From Mobula hypostoma (Eukaryota): a DNA stretch of 64,000 nucleotides. Location of the stretch: the NCBI RefSeq assembly GCF_963921235.1, contig NC_086108.1, forward strand, positions 56,422,001-56,486,000. Reading direction: 5' to 3'. Below, one piece after another: positions 23,255-36,929 of the stretch. Positions within the stretch are counted from its first letter, which is position 1, and the number at the start of each line of letters is the position of its first letter. The notes under the pieces were generated by a model that ran no database searches, was not told the origin of the DNA, and saw only the letters and a program-made list of their open reading frames with translations. A program made the position numbers and the translations under genes.

Positions 23255-24826
23255 GTAGGGAAGTGGTGTTACGTAAATTGAAGGGATTAAAGGCAGATAA
23301 ATCCCCAGGGCCAGATGGTCTGCATCCCAGAGTGCTTAAGGAAGTAGCCCAAGAAATAGTGGATGCATTAGTGATAATTTTTCAAAACTCGTTAGATTCT
23401 GGACTAGTTCCTGAGGATCGGAGGGTGGCTAATGTAACCCCACTTTTTAAAAAAGGAGGGAGAGAGAAACCGGGGAATTATAGACCGGTTAGCCTCACGT
23501 CGGTGGTGGGGAAACTGCTGGAGTCAGTTATCAAAGATGTGATAACAGCACATTTGGAAAGCGGTGAAATCATCGGACAAAGTCAGCATGGATTTGTGAA
23601 AGGAAAATCATGTCTGATGAATCTCATAGAATTTTTTGAGGATGTAACTAGTAGAGTGGATAGGGAAGAACCAGTGGCTGTGGTATATTTGGATTTTCAA
23701 AAGACTTTTGACAAGGTCCCACACAGGAGATTAGTGTGCAAACTTAAAGCACACGGTATTGGGGGTAAGGTATTGATGTGGATAGAGAATTGGTTAGCAG
23801 ACAGGAAGCAAAGAGTGGGAATAAACGGGACCTTTTCAGAATGGCAGGCAGTGACTAGTGGGGTACCGCAAGGCTCAGTGCTGGGACCCCAGTTGTTTAC
23901 AATATATATTAATGACTTGGATGAGGGAATTAAATGCAGCATCTCCAAGTTTGCGGATGACACGAAGCTGGGCGGCAGTGTTAGCTGTGAGGAGGATGCT
24001 AAGAGGATGCAGGGTGACTTGGATAGGTTAGGTGAGTGGGCAAATTCATGGCAGATGCAATTTAATGTGGATAAATGTGAAGTTATCCACTTTGGTGGCA
24101 AAAATAGGAAAACAGATTATTATCTGAATGGTGGCCGATTAGGAAAAGGGGAGGTGCAACAAGACCTGGGTGTCATTATACACCAGTCATTGAAAGTGGG
24201 CATGCAGGTACAGCAGGCGGTGAAAAAGGCGAATGGTATGCTGGCATTTATAGCGAGAGGATTCGAGTACAGGAGCAGGGAGGTACTACTGCAGTTGTAC
24301 AAGGCCTTGGTGAGACCACACCTGGAGTATTGTGTGCAGTTTTGGTCCCCTAATCTGAGGAAAGACACCCTTGCCATAGAGGGAGTACAAAGAAAGTTCA
24401 CCAGATTGATTCCTGGGATGGCAGGACTTTCATATGAAGAAAGACTGGATGAACTGGGCTTGTACTCGTTGGAATTTAGAAGATTGAGGGGGGATCTGAT
24501 TGAAATGTATAAAATCCTAAGGGGATTGGACAGGCTAGATGCAGGAAGATTGTTCCCGATGTTGGGGAAGTCGAGAATGAGGGGTCACAGTTTGAGGATA
24601 AAGGGGAAGCCTTTTAGGACAGAGATGAGGAAACAGTTGAGGCCAGTTCATTGGCTATATTTAAGAGGGAGTTAGATATGGCCCTTGTGGCTACAGGGAT
24701 CGGGGGGTATGGAGGGAAGGCTGGTGCAGGGTTCTGAGTTGGATGATCAGCCATGATCATAATACATGGCGGTGCAGGCTCGAAGGGCTGAATGGCCTAC
24801 TCCTGCACCTATTTTCTATGTTTCTA
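23255..24826 (+). mobile_element. Young 5'-truncated CR1 LINE with reverse transcriptase ORF (23263-24675)
   Basis: 470-aa open frame: KSPGPDG, NYRPVSLTS, QHGF, YLDFQK.FD, GVPQGSVLGP, FADD; C-terminus appears frameshifted by a deletion near 24635; ttctatg tail. Confidence 0.95.
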
Positions 24827-26937
24827 TAATACTCCTTGAAGCAATGCAGTTGTCTTGGTCTATTACTAAAAGTGCTCCTCTGTTCAGCCAAGGCGGCATG
24901 CAGAGGCTGAGAAACATTGTCCAGAATTGCTAGGATATTCCATAGGGAAATTGGTTTTACCCCAGCCTCCAGTGTGTCCAGTTTGACTCCTATTACGGAG
25001 CCAGCCTTTCAAATCTGCTGGGTATTTAAGTCTTTTCTACTTTTTTTTCAGATAACAGGTATAATTTAAGTTGAACAAAAATAATTTTTTGCATCTTAAG
25101 ACATAAGTATGGTAAAACTTTAAATGGGGTATACAGCTAAATGTTTTAATGATGACAGTATGAATTGATCTAGCTACATTTTTTGTTTGAAAACCAAACT
25201 GATTGAATCCTTGATTTTTGATCTGATCATCTTCTTTTGTATCCCAATACAAGTCAGTTTTGTCCTGAGTACTTCTGATTTTACTAATGAAAAGCTTTTA
25301 ATTCTAGCATGAATACATATTAGCAGTGTTGCGCTTCGAGGCCCAATAACATTAGGTGATTATTTTACCTTTTGCAGTATGATACTTCATTATAATGTGG
25401 GCTTCCAGTATGTGAAGTTAAGCTACACATTCTGGAAGCCTGTGTTTTATTACATCTGAAAAGAATCCTTAATTATCTCCTACAATTGCTGGGGATATTG
25501 TTTCTTGTAATAGTAAGTAAGCTGTAACACTTAATTGCCAGGTAGTGCTTCCTGTATTATATAGATTACTGTTGATACCAAAAATATATGTTCATTCCTG
25601 AGATCTATAAGTCTTTGGTATATTTCAGAGTGATGAATACTTAGGAGCCTTTAATTTTTATAAGTGCATTCAATGCAATAGATGAGTTTGATGAAACTTT
25701 TCTTCATGAAAGGAAAGATTTTGTGAGACTATGAGCAGAAGGAAAGAAAGTGGACTAACCAGTTTAGTATTGTATGAAGTTGGCATGTATTTGATGTGTC
25801 AAGTAACACAGTATAAATGTTATGTGATCCAATGAAATCCATTAATATTGTAATTGCCTCTCATCATGGAGAACAAATCTGAACCTTTCCATTGTCACGG
25901 CTAAGACTGACCCAGTTGTCCATGACAATAATCCAATTTGAGCTTGTCCAGAGCAGTTAGTTGGGAATGCTTTCTTACTTTCACTTTTTGATTTACTGAG
26001 ACTCTCCATAAAGGGCGGTGACTGAAGAGCAACAGTGTGTTGGTGCCAATGTTGCACCTGATTTGCTTTGCGAAGTTACTGTATTTGGGATCCATACCAG
26101 GCAAGGTGACCATTGTTATATGTTCAGCTGATTTTAGTATCTAAGGTTTAGTACCTGACTTCATTGATGACTAAATCATCACTGATCACCTAATGGACTT
26201 AGAGCAGAAGCAAATCCGGTGATGAGTTTTGTGTCAAAACTATTAAGGTTTTGACACATTTTCTATCCTGCTACCTTCACAGATTTGTGGACCAACTCAA
26301 CCTGATCCTTCTGTTTTTCTGTACTTCATGATATCTTACAATTTATAGTGTATTCCTTTACTTGTGTTCTTCCCAAGCGTGTCACCTCATAATTCTCTGG
26401 ATTGAATTCCATTTGACACTTTTGGGTCCAACTAACCAGTCCATTGATGATGTGTTCCTATAGTGTAGAAGTTCCTCGCTATTAACTGAAGAATATTTCC
26501 CATCGTCCAGGAGTACTAATACTGATAATAATTCTTCCTCACAAATCCATGACTGAACTCATCAATCTCTGGCACTAACAATGCAATATAAATCATTTTG
26601 TGCTTTACTCAACTTCTCAAGGTTAAACAAATGAATGTCATTGAAAATTCAACTTAAGACACTACTAAGTTGCTCTGAGATCCAGGTAGATAACCAGTTT
26701 GCTTTATATGTTGAAACTTTTTTGGAAAACAAAGGCACTTACTTTAATTAGACTAAATTCAATTTAATTGGATCATTGACCTGAAGCGTTATGTACAGTA
26801 TGTGCTCCACAGATAGTGCCTGGATCTGATAAGTAGTTTCAGAACTTTGTTTTTATTTCATGTTTTCAATACCCAGTTTTTTAAAATTTTCAATTCCTTT
26901 AACTGATCATTTCTTTCTCGTTTTCTTTTATCTTCAG

Positions 26938-27156
26938 GAAGGGGAAATGCCAATTCAAGATTTATTGGCTTTGTATGGTTATGGAAAAACAATACCATTC
27001 CCTGGTGAAGATGAAGAAGATGATGAGGACGATGAGGAAGAAGATGATGATGAAGCAGAGGATGATGATGATGGGGATGAAGGCGATAACGAAGAAAATA
27101 GTGGAAGTAGTGAAGTTCCAGAGACAGAGGACTTACCCGACATAAGTATAAATCAG
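26938..27156 (+). CDS. MIER1: MIER1 coding exon 4 (EGEMPIQDLLALYGY + acidic tract)
   Basis: Long polypyrimidine tract + cag acceptor, gttagt donor; 219 nt in frame. Confidence 0.96.
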
Positions 27157-28504
27157 GTTAGTTTAAGTTAGTTGCATAAAGTTTGATGTATAGGATCTTC
27201 ATCAGAGCAAACTATGTATGGAGGTTTTTATGGCCTTATGGTTTGATGATGTTGGGATTTCAATGAAATGTAATATGATAAGAAAATTTTTATGCTATGT
27301 TTAACTTACCTGTGAACCATTCTAGATTTTATTTTTGTTCTTTGGAAGATTGCTTATCCCTTAATTCTAAATTTTCTTCTCTGATTTGCTTTCTGGACAG
27401 TTGTTATTGTGTGTCATCCTTCACAAACTCTCCATTACCTTGCCAGCTTGAATTGAATCAGAGGGTACTTCTATCTGAGGATTGGGCCTCTGACCTATGT
27501 TGCACATCTTAAGCTCCATTTCCATCAGATCAATTTAGTCACTTAAATTATTAAAATTTGCAGCAAAATATTTTTAATACTTCAGTTCATCCCCAAGTAA
27601 GACGAACCTATGTTTTGTACATCTGCCAAATTGCCTTTTCAAAGTATATTATTTCATCCCATTTAACATCTTACAACAAAAATCACATTTCATTGTCAAC
27701 TACCTTGCCTTGTTCATTTACTGTTCCTCTATTTCTTGCTGTCTTTTGCTTTTTAAATTTCCTTTGCCCTTTGTATCATTCTCTACATCTTCCTTGCATT
27801 CTTTGTATACCGTTTCAAGTCGCTACCCTTTCACAGCACCTAATTCTGGATTCTGTAACTTTCCCAGTACTTGACCATTTAGCTGCCTTTCCTTCCCTAT
27901 ACCTTATACCTTGAACCTTCCCACATGGTTGTCTTTCATTATGTCTGTCATTTAAAATGTTCATCGTTGCCATCTTTCATTTGTCTGTCCTTTCTAACAT
28001 GTCCAATCTGTAATTTGCTCCCTCGAATTTGTTCCAACCTCCTCTTTTAGGACTACAGCTTGATTCAGGTTCCTTCAGATTTGTAGCTATGCTGATTAGT
28101 TACAATGATGGAAGATTAGGGGCTGCAGATGCTGGAATATGGAGTAACAGATCTAATCAAGTTTGAAACCCTGCATAATTGACAATTTTTCTCCTCCACC
28201 CCCCTCCCCATTGCTGAGTTCCTCTAACAGATTATTTGTTGCTCCACTGAATAACAATACTCTTCTCCTCTACTCCATGCTGTCATTTCTTGAAGCTTTC
28301 TCTAAACAGAAAAGTGAGAGCTTAGAGCAAACATTAGAAAATGGCAGACGCAAACAGTAAAAAAAACTCCTTTGTTTAATGACAAGGTTCTTTTCCATAT
28401 TGCATCTTCCACAAGATCATTTTCTGTGAAGCTGCTCCTACATGAGTCTATATTTGCATTTGTCCTAGCAGATGCCACCAAGTAATCCTCTTTCTACTTC
28501 CTTA

Positions 28505-29995
28505 GAGTTCAAAGTTTTACAGTAAATTTATTATAAAAGTACATACCTGTCTCCATATACAACCCTGAGATTCATTTTCTTGCAAGCAGTTACAGTAACT
28601 ACAAGAAACTAAATAGAATCACACCCAACATGGTGGACAAACAACCAATGTGCAAGAAAAAACAACAAACTCTGCAAAAGACAACAAACTGCAAATACAA
28701 AAAGAAATAACAATAAACAATTAAGCCATAAATATCGAGAACCTGAGATGAAGAGTCCTTGAAAGTGAGTCCATAGGTTGTAAGAACAGTTCAGTGATGG
28801 AACGAGTGAAGTTATTCTCTTCAGTTCAAGAGCCTGATGGTTGAGGGGTAATAACCGTTCCTGAAACTGCTGGTGTGGGTCTTGAGACTCCTATACATTC
28901 TTCCTGATGGCAGCAGCAAGAAGAGAGCGTAGCCTGGGTGGTGGGGGGTCCTTGATGGATGCTACTTTCCTACAACAGCGCTCCGTGTAGATGTGCAGTG
29001 GTGGGGAGGGTTTTACCCAGGATGGACCGGGCTGTATTCACTACGTTTTGTAAACTGTTCTGTATAAGGCCATTGGTGTTTCCATACCGGGCTGTGATTC
29101 AACCAGTCAATATATTCTCCACCACACTTCTTTTGAAGTTTGTCAGTTTTAGATGACATGCTGAATCCTCGCAAATATCTAAGAAAGTATAGACACTGCT
29201 GTGCTTTCTTCATAATGGCACTTACATGCTAGACCCAGGACAGATCCCCGAAATCATAACACCGAGGAATTTAAAGTTGTTAACCCTCTCCAACTCTGAC
29301 CCCTGCATTGAGGACAGGCAGTTTCCTAAGTCCTTGGCCTTGCTAACATTGAGTGAGAGGTTGTTGTCAGGGCACCACACAGCCAGATTTTCCATCCCTC
29401 TCCTATTTGGTGATACCTCACCAATGATACTTGTGGCGTCAGCAGACTTAAACGTGACATTGGAGTTGTGCTTAGCCTTACATTCATAAGTATAAAGTGG
29501 GTAGAGCAGGGGACTAAGCACACAACCTTGTGGTGCACCTGTGCTGAAGAAGATTTTGGAGGATATATTGTTGCCAATCCAAACTGACTAGGGTCTGCAA
29601 GTGAGGAAATCGAAGATCCAGTTGCACAGGGAGGTATTGAGTTCAAGGAATTGGAGCTTATTGATTAGTTTTGAGGGGGTGATAATATTGGATGCTGAGC
29701 TATGTTCAATGAAGAGCTTCCTGATATGTATGTACCTTCGCTATTCAGTTGTTCCAGGATTGAGCAAAGGGCCAGTGTAATGACAACTGCTTTTGATCTG
29801 TTGTGACAGTAGGCAAATTGGAATGGATCTAAGTCACTTTTCAGGCAGGGGTTGATCTGTTTCATCACCAACCTCTCAAAGCACTTCATCACATTTGCTA
29901 CTGGACGATAATCGTTGAGGAGGTTACCACGTTCTTCTTGGGCACCAATATAATTGAAGCCTGCTCGAAACAGCTAAGTACTTCACACTGCTGAA
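28505..29995 (-). mobile_element. Rex1/Babar-type LINE (RT + 3' UTR), decayed
   Basis: MKCFERLV...LDPFQFAY, LSPLLY.LYT, degenerate FADD (SADA), KKAQQCLYFLR. Confidence 0.9.
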
Positions 29996-30550
29996 AGCTA
30001 TAGTACCTGTGAATATACTCTCATTGATGAGGGATTTCTGAGTTTATAAACTTGTTTTTGTGAGGGAAATGGCAGTCTATTCCAAAACAGGATTAAAATA
30101 GGATTGAGATGAGATTCGGAAATGCGGGTACTTATTTGCTTCCTACATTTGTTCTGCTGTTGGAGTTTGTGGGTTTGAAAAAGCTGTTGGAAGAAATATT
30201 AGCAAATAATTGCCATGCACTTTTTTAGATTTACACTATAGCCACAGTATGCTTGTGAAGGGAGTGGATTTTTGAAATGGAAATTTAGTGTCTACACTGT
30301 AAAGACAAAATAAATGTCTGAAGTAAATTACAAGTAGAAAGTTATTTATTTTCTTGGAAGATTTAATAGTTACTTTCTGCAGTTCCCTTAAGGCATTTTT
30401 CACTCATATTCTTCCTGAGTAATTCTTTGCCCTTTTTTTCTAAAAATGTGCTTACTTAGCCCTATAGAGAAGCTATTAGTCATATTTTGGCTCATTTATT
30501 TAAACTTCTGTTGTTGATCTTTTTCTAATACACTTGCATATATTTTATGA

Positions 30551-30826
<276 letters not shown>

Positions 30827-31584
30827 TAAAATAAGGATAATTGTTAACTGTTTGTCGCACTTGAAATATCATTACAGATTGTCATAATTCAAATAATAGA
30901 GATCACACAATATTAAAGAAGCTACAGTTGTGCTGAAGATCAGTACAGTACAACGATAGTACCAGTTTATTACTAATGCCTCTGATAAAGAAAGATAAAT
31001 GCGTAACAAAAGGCTTTGCGTCTTTGGGATTGCTCTGTCATTCAAAATGATAGTGGCTAATTCTTTTCCTTTTCTTGTGTTCCTGCTCTTGTCACATCAA
31101 TTCCAAAACACTGAGGCTCACACCTGGTTCCAGCCCAAGGGGAAACATCTTCCCTTTATCCACTTGTCAAGCCCTGTCAAAATTTTGCACATTTCAGTGA
31201 AATCCCTTGTTCTAAATTCTAAAGAGTACAGGCATAGTCAGTCCAACCTCTTAATTGCGAAACTTGTAATGCATCTGGTGAACTTCCACTTTATGGAAAG
31301 CGTATTCTATCTTGGGCAATGAGGCCAAAATCGATACAGTATTCCAGGTGCCTTTCATGAAGCTATGTTTAATTGTAGTAAGCAGTATCAGCTTTCATGA
31401 CTGAATTGAATAACGTGTCTATTTTTGTATGATTTTACGTGTACTCTTGGAAGAACCATGCTCAGATTTTCATTTATTTTAAGATATATTGTCCCAAATG
31501 AAATCATTATTATGGTTACAATTGTTTAATTCTTGTTAACCAGAAGTGTTCAGGGGTATAAAACAATTGTGGCTTTATGAAGTT

Positions 31585-31800
31585 GGACCTACTGCTGTCT
31601 GTAAGGAGTTTGTATGTTCTCCCCATGACTGCATGGGCTCCTCTGGGTGCTCAGATTTCCTCCTGCAGTCCAAAGATGCACCAGTTGGTAGGTTAATTGG
31701 TCATTGTAAATTGTCCAGTGATTAGGTAAATTGAGGGTTGCTAGGCGACGTGGCTCAAAGGGCCAAAAGGACCTATTCTGCGCTGTATCTCAATAAATAA
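31585..31800 (+). mobile_element. V-SINE fragment
   Basis: tgtaaggagtttgtatgttctcccc...gggtgctc...caaagatg...ggttaattggtcattgtaaattgtcc. Confidence 0.75.
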
Positions 31801-32008
31801 ATCCAAAGACAGCTTCGAGTTCACTCGATGTGGAACAGAATTAACTAATTGACTAGTGTAATTATACACAAATTTGGTATATTTTGGATACAAATTTTCA
31901 TTCCTCGGCTGTTTAGAAAACATAGATAAAATACAAAACAAGAGAACATCTTTCTTCACTCTCCCTTTCTCTAATAATTTTCATTTCAGTTTAACCTTAT
32001 TAGCAATA

Positions 32009-32480
32009 CGAGGGGTGATTAATAAGTTCGTGGCCTAAGGTAGAAGGAGTCAATTTTAGAAAATCTAGCACATTTATTTTTCAACATAGTCCCTTCGTAC
32101 ATTTACACACTTAGTCCAGCAGTCATGGAGCATAGAGATCTTGGACCTCCAGAAAGTGCCCACAGCAGGGGTGATTGATAAGTTCATGGCCTAAGGTAGA
32201 AGGAGATGAGTTATACAGTTCTCGTTATATGCACATGCAATTCAACTCTGAGTGATAATGCAGAAAGTTTGAAGTTAGTAACTCATCTCCTTCTACCTTA
32301 GGCCACGAACTTATCAATCACTCCTGCTGTGGGCACTTACTGGAGGTCCAAGATCCGTATGCTCCACGACTGCTGGACTAAATGTGTAAATGTAGGAGGG
32401 GACGATGTTGAAAAATAAATGTGCTAGGTTTGCTAAAATTGACTCCTACCTTAGATCACGAACCTATCAATTACCCCTCG
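32009..32480. mobile_element. Mariner-type palindromic MITE
   Basis: TA-flanked TIRs CGAGGGGTGATT.ATAAGTTCGTGG.../...TTACCCCTCG; arms complementary over about 200 bp; TIR motif repeated internally. Confidence 0.9.
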
Positions 32481-32888
32481 TAATAGGAAAATGTAAGACC
32501 AATTTCTGGATAAAATATTAGCCTTTCAGAGCATTTTAAGTCATTTGAGTCAAAATCATAATGATCGTTATGCAAGAGTGAGTCTTTGTGCTCACTAGAA
32601 CTATTGTAATCTGTACTGACTGAGGTACACCAGAGTTTAAAATGGTGCATTGATTCAGAATTTAAAATTGCAATGTACTGGAAGTATATTTACATATTTA
32701 ATTCCAGGGAGCCTATAAAATTCCAAAAGGGGGTAATAATATTTTTTCTAGTAACATTGATACTTCCGGAAGTTTTAAAAATGTTTATAATTTTATAAAA
32801 ATTGTCTCAAAATATTCAGTTATTCGCTAAATGAAAGTTCTTTCCATATCACTGAGGGGAAAAAAAACTAGCCTGTCAATGTTCTTAG

Positions 32889-32953
32889 GCAATGAAGGAG
32901 AAGAGGAATCTGAAGATGATGAAGATTATGTGCCCTCAGAGGACTGGAAAAAG
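32889..32953 (+). CDS. MIER1: MIER1 coding exon 6 (NEGEEESEDDEDYVPSEDWKK)
   Basis: Conserved EDY(I/V)PSEDWKK; ttag acceptor, gtgata donor. Confidence 0.96.
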
Positions 32954-33933
32954 GTGATATAGTATTTCAATATTTCCTACAATAACTATGATTTTAAAAT
33001 ATTGCATTTCACAAATGATATTTTTATTCCCTTTTTTTCTGATCTGTGCTGTGCACCAGTTATAACTGGCTTTAGTTTTAGTCTCCAGCTTAGTAATGAG
33101 TCCTGATTTCTGTTAATGTCTACCTTGGAATATGTAATTATAACAACAATGCTGGAGAAGCACGTCTGGTTAGGTAGCATCTGCAGAGAGAAAGCATTAG
33201 TAAATTTTCATGTCAATCTGTCATAACTGGACAAAAGATTAAAAAGATAACAAGCATTAAGATGCAGAGAAAGAGACAAATGAAAGAAAGAATAAAAGGA
33301 AGGTTTATGATATGGTTGAGGGTAGTAGAGATGAAACAAAAAGAATGGTGAAGCAAGTAAAGTAATAATCTTTAATTTCAAAACAATATTTTTGAAATGT
33401 TTTCCTTTTTCCTCAACTCAAGATTATATAACTTCAGGTTACTTTAAAGTCCTAAACGGTGCCTATTTTTATTTCAAGCACTTCAGCTCTTTTACCTCTC
33501 CCACCCCAAATTACAGCAAGTTTATCTGTCTTTTCATAGCGCCAGACTGTACATTCAACAGTTCACAATTGCACTACTACTAAAACACCAACATTAAGAA
33601 GGCACTATTCCCTACCCAAGTCCACTTCTTTATTATCATCAGCATCTCCTTCCCAATCCAAGTAAAAATAAGATTGCTTTCTAGACACGATGTTGAGTTA
33701 GTACTTTAAGGTATTGTTTCAAAAATTTACATTGCTATATCACTTTTTTATTGATCTTGTCCTTTATACTACCCCCTCGTATCTTTCGTCACCGTCCTTT
33801 TGTGGTTTAATCTCCTAACTTTCTAATATAGACATTTGTTCTTCTCTTTCCTTTGTACATACTTTTTTTTTTACCCCATTCTTGATTGTGAAAAAAATAA
33901 CAGCCTCGAATGTTATAGAAACTACCCACAAAC

Positions 33934-34257
33934 TACTATTACTACTACATCAACTCAGGCCTAGGGGGCCGGCGTCAGGCGCGATGACGGACTCTGCACT
34001 TCTCCCTCTCCCTCATCGGTGTGTTCAGTTCATCTACATTAGCCGTGCCGCTGTCTTCTAGGAGCATGTTGACCATAGTCTTGGGAGGGCGCCCAGGGTT
34101 CATCCTCCCGTGCTTGGGCTCCCATATGATGACTAGGCTGGCAGGTAGCTCAGGGTGGCATGGACAGTGCCCCGCTAGTTTGTCTTCTCACCTCGATTTT
34201 AGTGGAGAGCATCGGTAGGTTGTTATAGAGCTCAACGTTCATCATGTGCTGTTGCCA
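33934..34257 (-). mobile_element. RTE-type LINE 3' end
   Basis: 10-bp TSD acccacaaac (33924-33933 / 34258-34267); gta-repeat tail; HPELPASLVIIWEPKHG...GRPP on the minus strand. Confidence 0.8.
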
Positions 34258-34554
34258 ACCCACAAACCTGTGTATTTATTAACTTTTTTTTTATTTTGGA
34301 TTTCAAGCATCTGCTATATTTGGTTTATGATTCTCTACTTTGATCTGTATTAGCCATCCTTTGTCCCAATACACCTTTGTATTATGCCTAATTCAAAAGG
34401 TTGCAAGTTAAATTCAATCTGGGCTTAAATTCTATCATGGATGTGTTCTTACAATTTCTTTTGAAGGTAAGACATTATATCTATCGTGTATTAAGCTTGA
34501 AAGCTCATTGCTACTTGGTATTCCAGTAGGTGTCTCCATTTTTTGTTTTTTTTA

Positions 34555-34599
34555 TTTATATATATATAAAATATATGCGTGTGTGTGTGTATGTATATA

Positions 34600-34660
<61 letters not shown>

Positions 34661-34665
34661 GCACA
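34555..34665. repeat. Compound (GT)n-(TA)n-(CA)n microsatellite
   Basis: Directly visible; the arrangement is self-complementary. Confidence 0.95.
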
Positions 34666-35199
34666 TAGAATATTAATTATAGCAAATTTGAAAATATCAG
34701 AATATATTTCTTTTTATTGTTGGACTACCAGATTCCTATTGCTTTTGAGTTCTATCAGTTTCATTAAAATGAGTTGCTTTTCTTTTTTAATACATTTATT
34801 TACAATTCAATTTTTACAGAATAAATAACTTGCTTTTAATACATGAACATAACATGAGATAATTATGTCATCAGTAGCACCATCAAAAGATGTCTTCCCA
34901 ATAAACTGGTCACTTAACATCACGGTTCAGTATTTTGACAGCATCACTTGTGTCCATGCCTGTAACCTTTAAGTCAAACCTGGCCTCAAAACCTGAATTC
35001 CAAATGAGAGTTTATAGTGTTGCCCTCAACATAAAGAACATTTGATAGCTAATTTACCTAAGGGCCGCAGCAAAATTGATAGGACTAAAGAGAAATTGTC
35101 CAATGCAAGATTCACTGCACTGATTGACTGTGCTTCAGGATATTTCTGCAGGAATGCTTTAAGAATCACTTCCTTCTTAATGTTGTGGTCACTGATCAG

Positions 35200-35470
35200 T
35201 TCTATTCAGTGTTCAATTATTCTCACAACTCCTTCACGCCAGGATAATCCTTGAAGCCTGGTGCAGTTCCAGTCATTGCTATCTTAAAACTAGGAAAATA
35301 CCCACTAAACCCAAATGCTACCAAGTAATTTTTCTTTTGTCAACAACCTCTAACATTTTTACACACTCATCTCTAATCAGATAAAAATAGCATTGAAGAC
35401 AATCTGCCAATGGAACAGTTGGGTTTTAGAGGCAAATTAAAAACTGGAGCTGCCCTCATGAATTTATCAG
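35200..35470 (+). mobile_element. Old RTEX-like LINE RT relic
   Basis: VIAILKLGK..., LPMEQLGFR and KTGAAL motifs with stops. Confidence 0.5.
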
Positions 35471-35665
35471 TATTTTGTAGTTGATCTGGTGTGAGGGTCA
35501 ACCTCATAAGCGTTCAGTACGCCAAGACTCAGGGCAATCAGTACCAAGTAGAGTTAACTTGAAATGAACCATTCAATATCTGTCTGTCGTGTGAGTCAGT
35601 GTATGCATCAGGCCTTTACAGTATTTCACAATCTCCCACCAAATTCCAGAAGCTTATGTTGTTGT

Positions 35666-36324
35666 CATTGTACTGCTGAGTTAAGTGTCCATGCTAGCGG
35701 AAATAAGTTGGGAAGCAGGCGGGGAACCAGTAACTGAGTGTCAAGATCAGTGCTCAGGGGTAAGGTCAAGATCCGTTGCCTGAAATCACCCCACTCTGAA
35801 CCCACCCTGCTATGTGGGCTACTGGTTCGGGCATCATTAAGCCTAATACCTTTTGTACTGGAAGAACAGTGTTGAATGTGTCATCACTCTTAAATAGTAT
35901 GTTATGCTAAATATAAAGGTATTAATAGGTTTGATATGGGCTGGCTGGTGGTGTAGTGACATCAGCATGGGACTTCAAGGCAGATGGTCCTGAGTTCAAA
36001 CCCAGCCGGGTCCCAACCAGGGCTGCAGCAGTATCTGCGTGGGAGAAAGACCTGGCAATCTACTTCTGTATCTTGTCATGAAAACTCTAAGGACCCTACA
36101 GTCCATGAGGTCACGAAGAGTTGGACTCGACTTGACAATTGAACAACAAGATAGGTTTGATATAAACTCTGTTGTATAGTCTTATGTTTTTATCGTAAAC
36201 TTTCTATTAAAAACTTGATTCAGTTTTTGCCATTGTATTGCTGATTTAAGTGTCCATGCTAGTGGAAGTAAGTTAGGAAGCATGCAGGAAACCAGTAACT
36301 GAGTGTCAAAATCGGTGCTCAGGG
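35666..36324 (+). repeat. 94-bp direct repeat pair (35666-35759 and 36231-36324)
   Basis: Ungapped alignment with about a dozen substitutions. Confidence 0.9.
35938..36150 (+). mobile_element. tRNA-headed SINE with BovB/RTE-derived body and tail
   Basis: 13-bp perfect TSD ataggtttgatat; A box TGGTGTAGTG, B box GAGTTCAAAC; tail gtccatgaggtcacgaagagttggactcgact...gaacaacaa. Confidence 0.88.
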
Positions 36325-36446
36325 AGCTGATTGGGTGTATCTTACCGGTTGTCAGTCTTGTGTAAAATATATTTATAATGTGTTACTTAGAGTAACCCTA
36401 CCTTCTTCAAATGTAGGTAGTAATGGTAGTTGATGTTTCTTTATAG

Positions 36447-36519
36447 GAGATCATGGTGGGCTCCCAGTACCAGGCTGATGTTCCTATAGGCTTTTATAAG
36501 TACAAAGAGAATGAAAAGG
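36447..36519 (+). CDS. MIER1: MIER1 coding exon 7 (ELM2 start, EIMVGSQYQADVP)
   Basis: ELM2 signature; tatag acceptor, gtaagc donor. Confidence 0.96.
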
Positions 36520-36929
36520 GTAAGCTCTTCTGTAGAATGTGTTTCTTTAATGATGCCATATTGGTGTGAGAAGCAGTTGAGAATTGTGGACTATGTTCCA
36601 GTTAATTGTATTTTCCTACTATGAGAAGTTTTATGTTAGACTTTTACCTTTAGCTTCATTAAAATTTTATCTCTCTATCTCTCTCTCTCTCTCCCCCCCC
36701 TCCAACATCCCTTTTACTGTGAAGCTCTCTATTACCATACAGATCTATAACTTTTATTTAGCCTACTTTCAAATATACTTATTATATCGCAATTGAAAAA
36801 TAGGAGTCATGTGGTTTCTCTTTTGAAATTTATACAGTAAGTCCATGTTCCCATTGCATTATCCCCTTGGTCTCCATGAAATAAGACGGAAAATTCCAAA
36901 GATTTGTAACATGCTAAATAAAAGATTTT

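Noticed and set aside
35938..36010. tRNA gene (also heads at 7487 and near 6590)
   Set aside because: A/B boxes are present but there is no full cloverleaf; they continue into SINE bodies.
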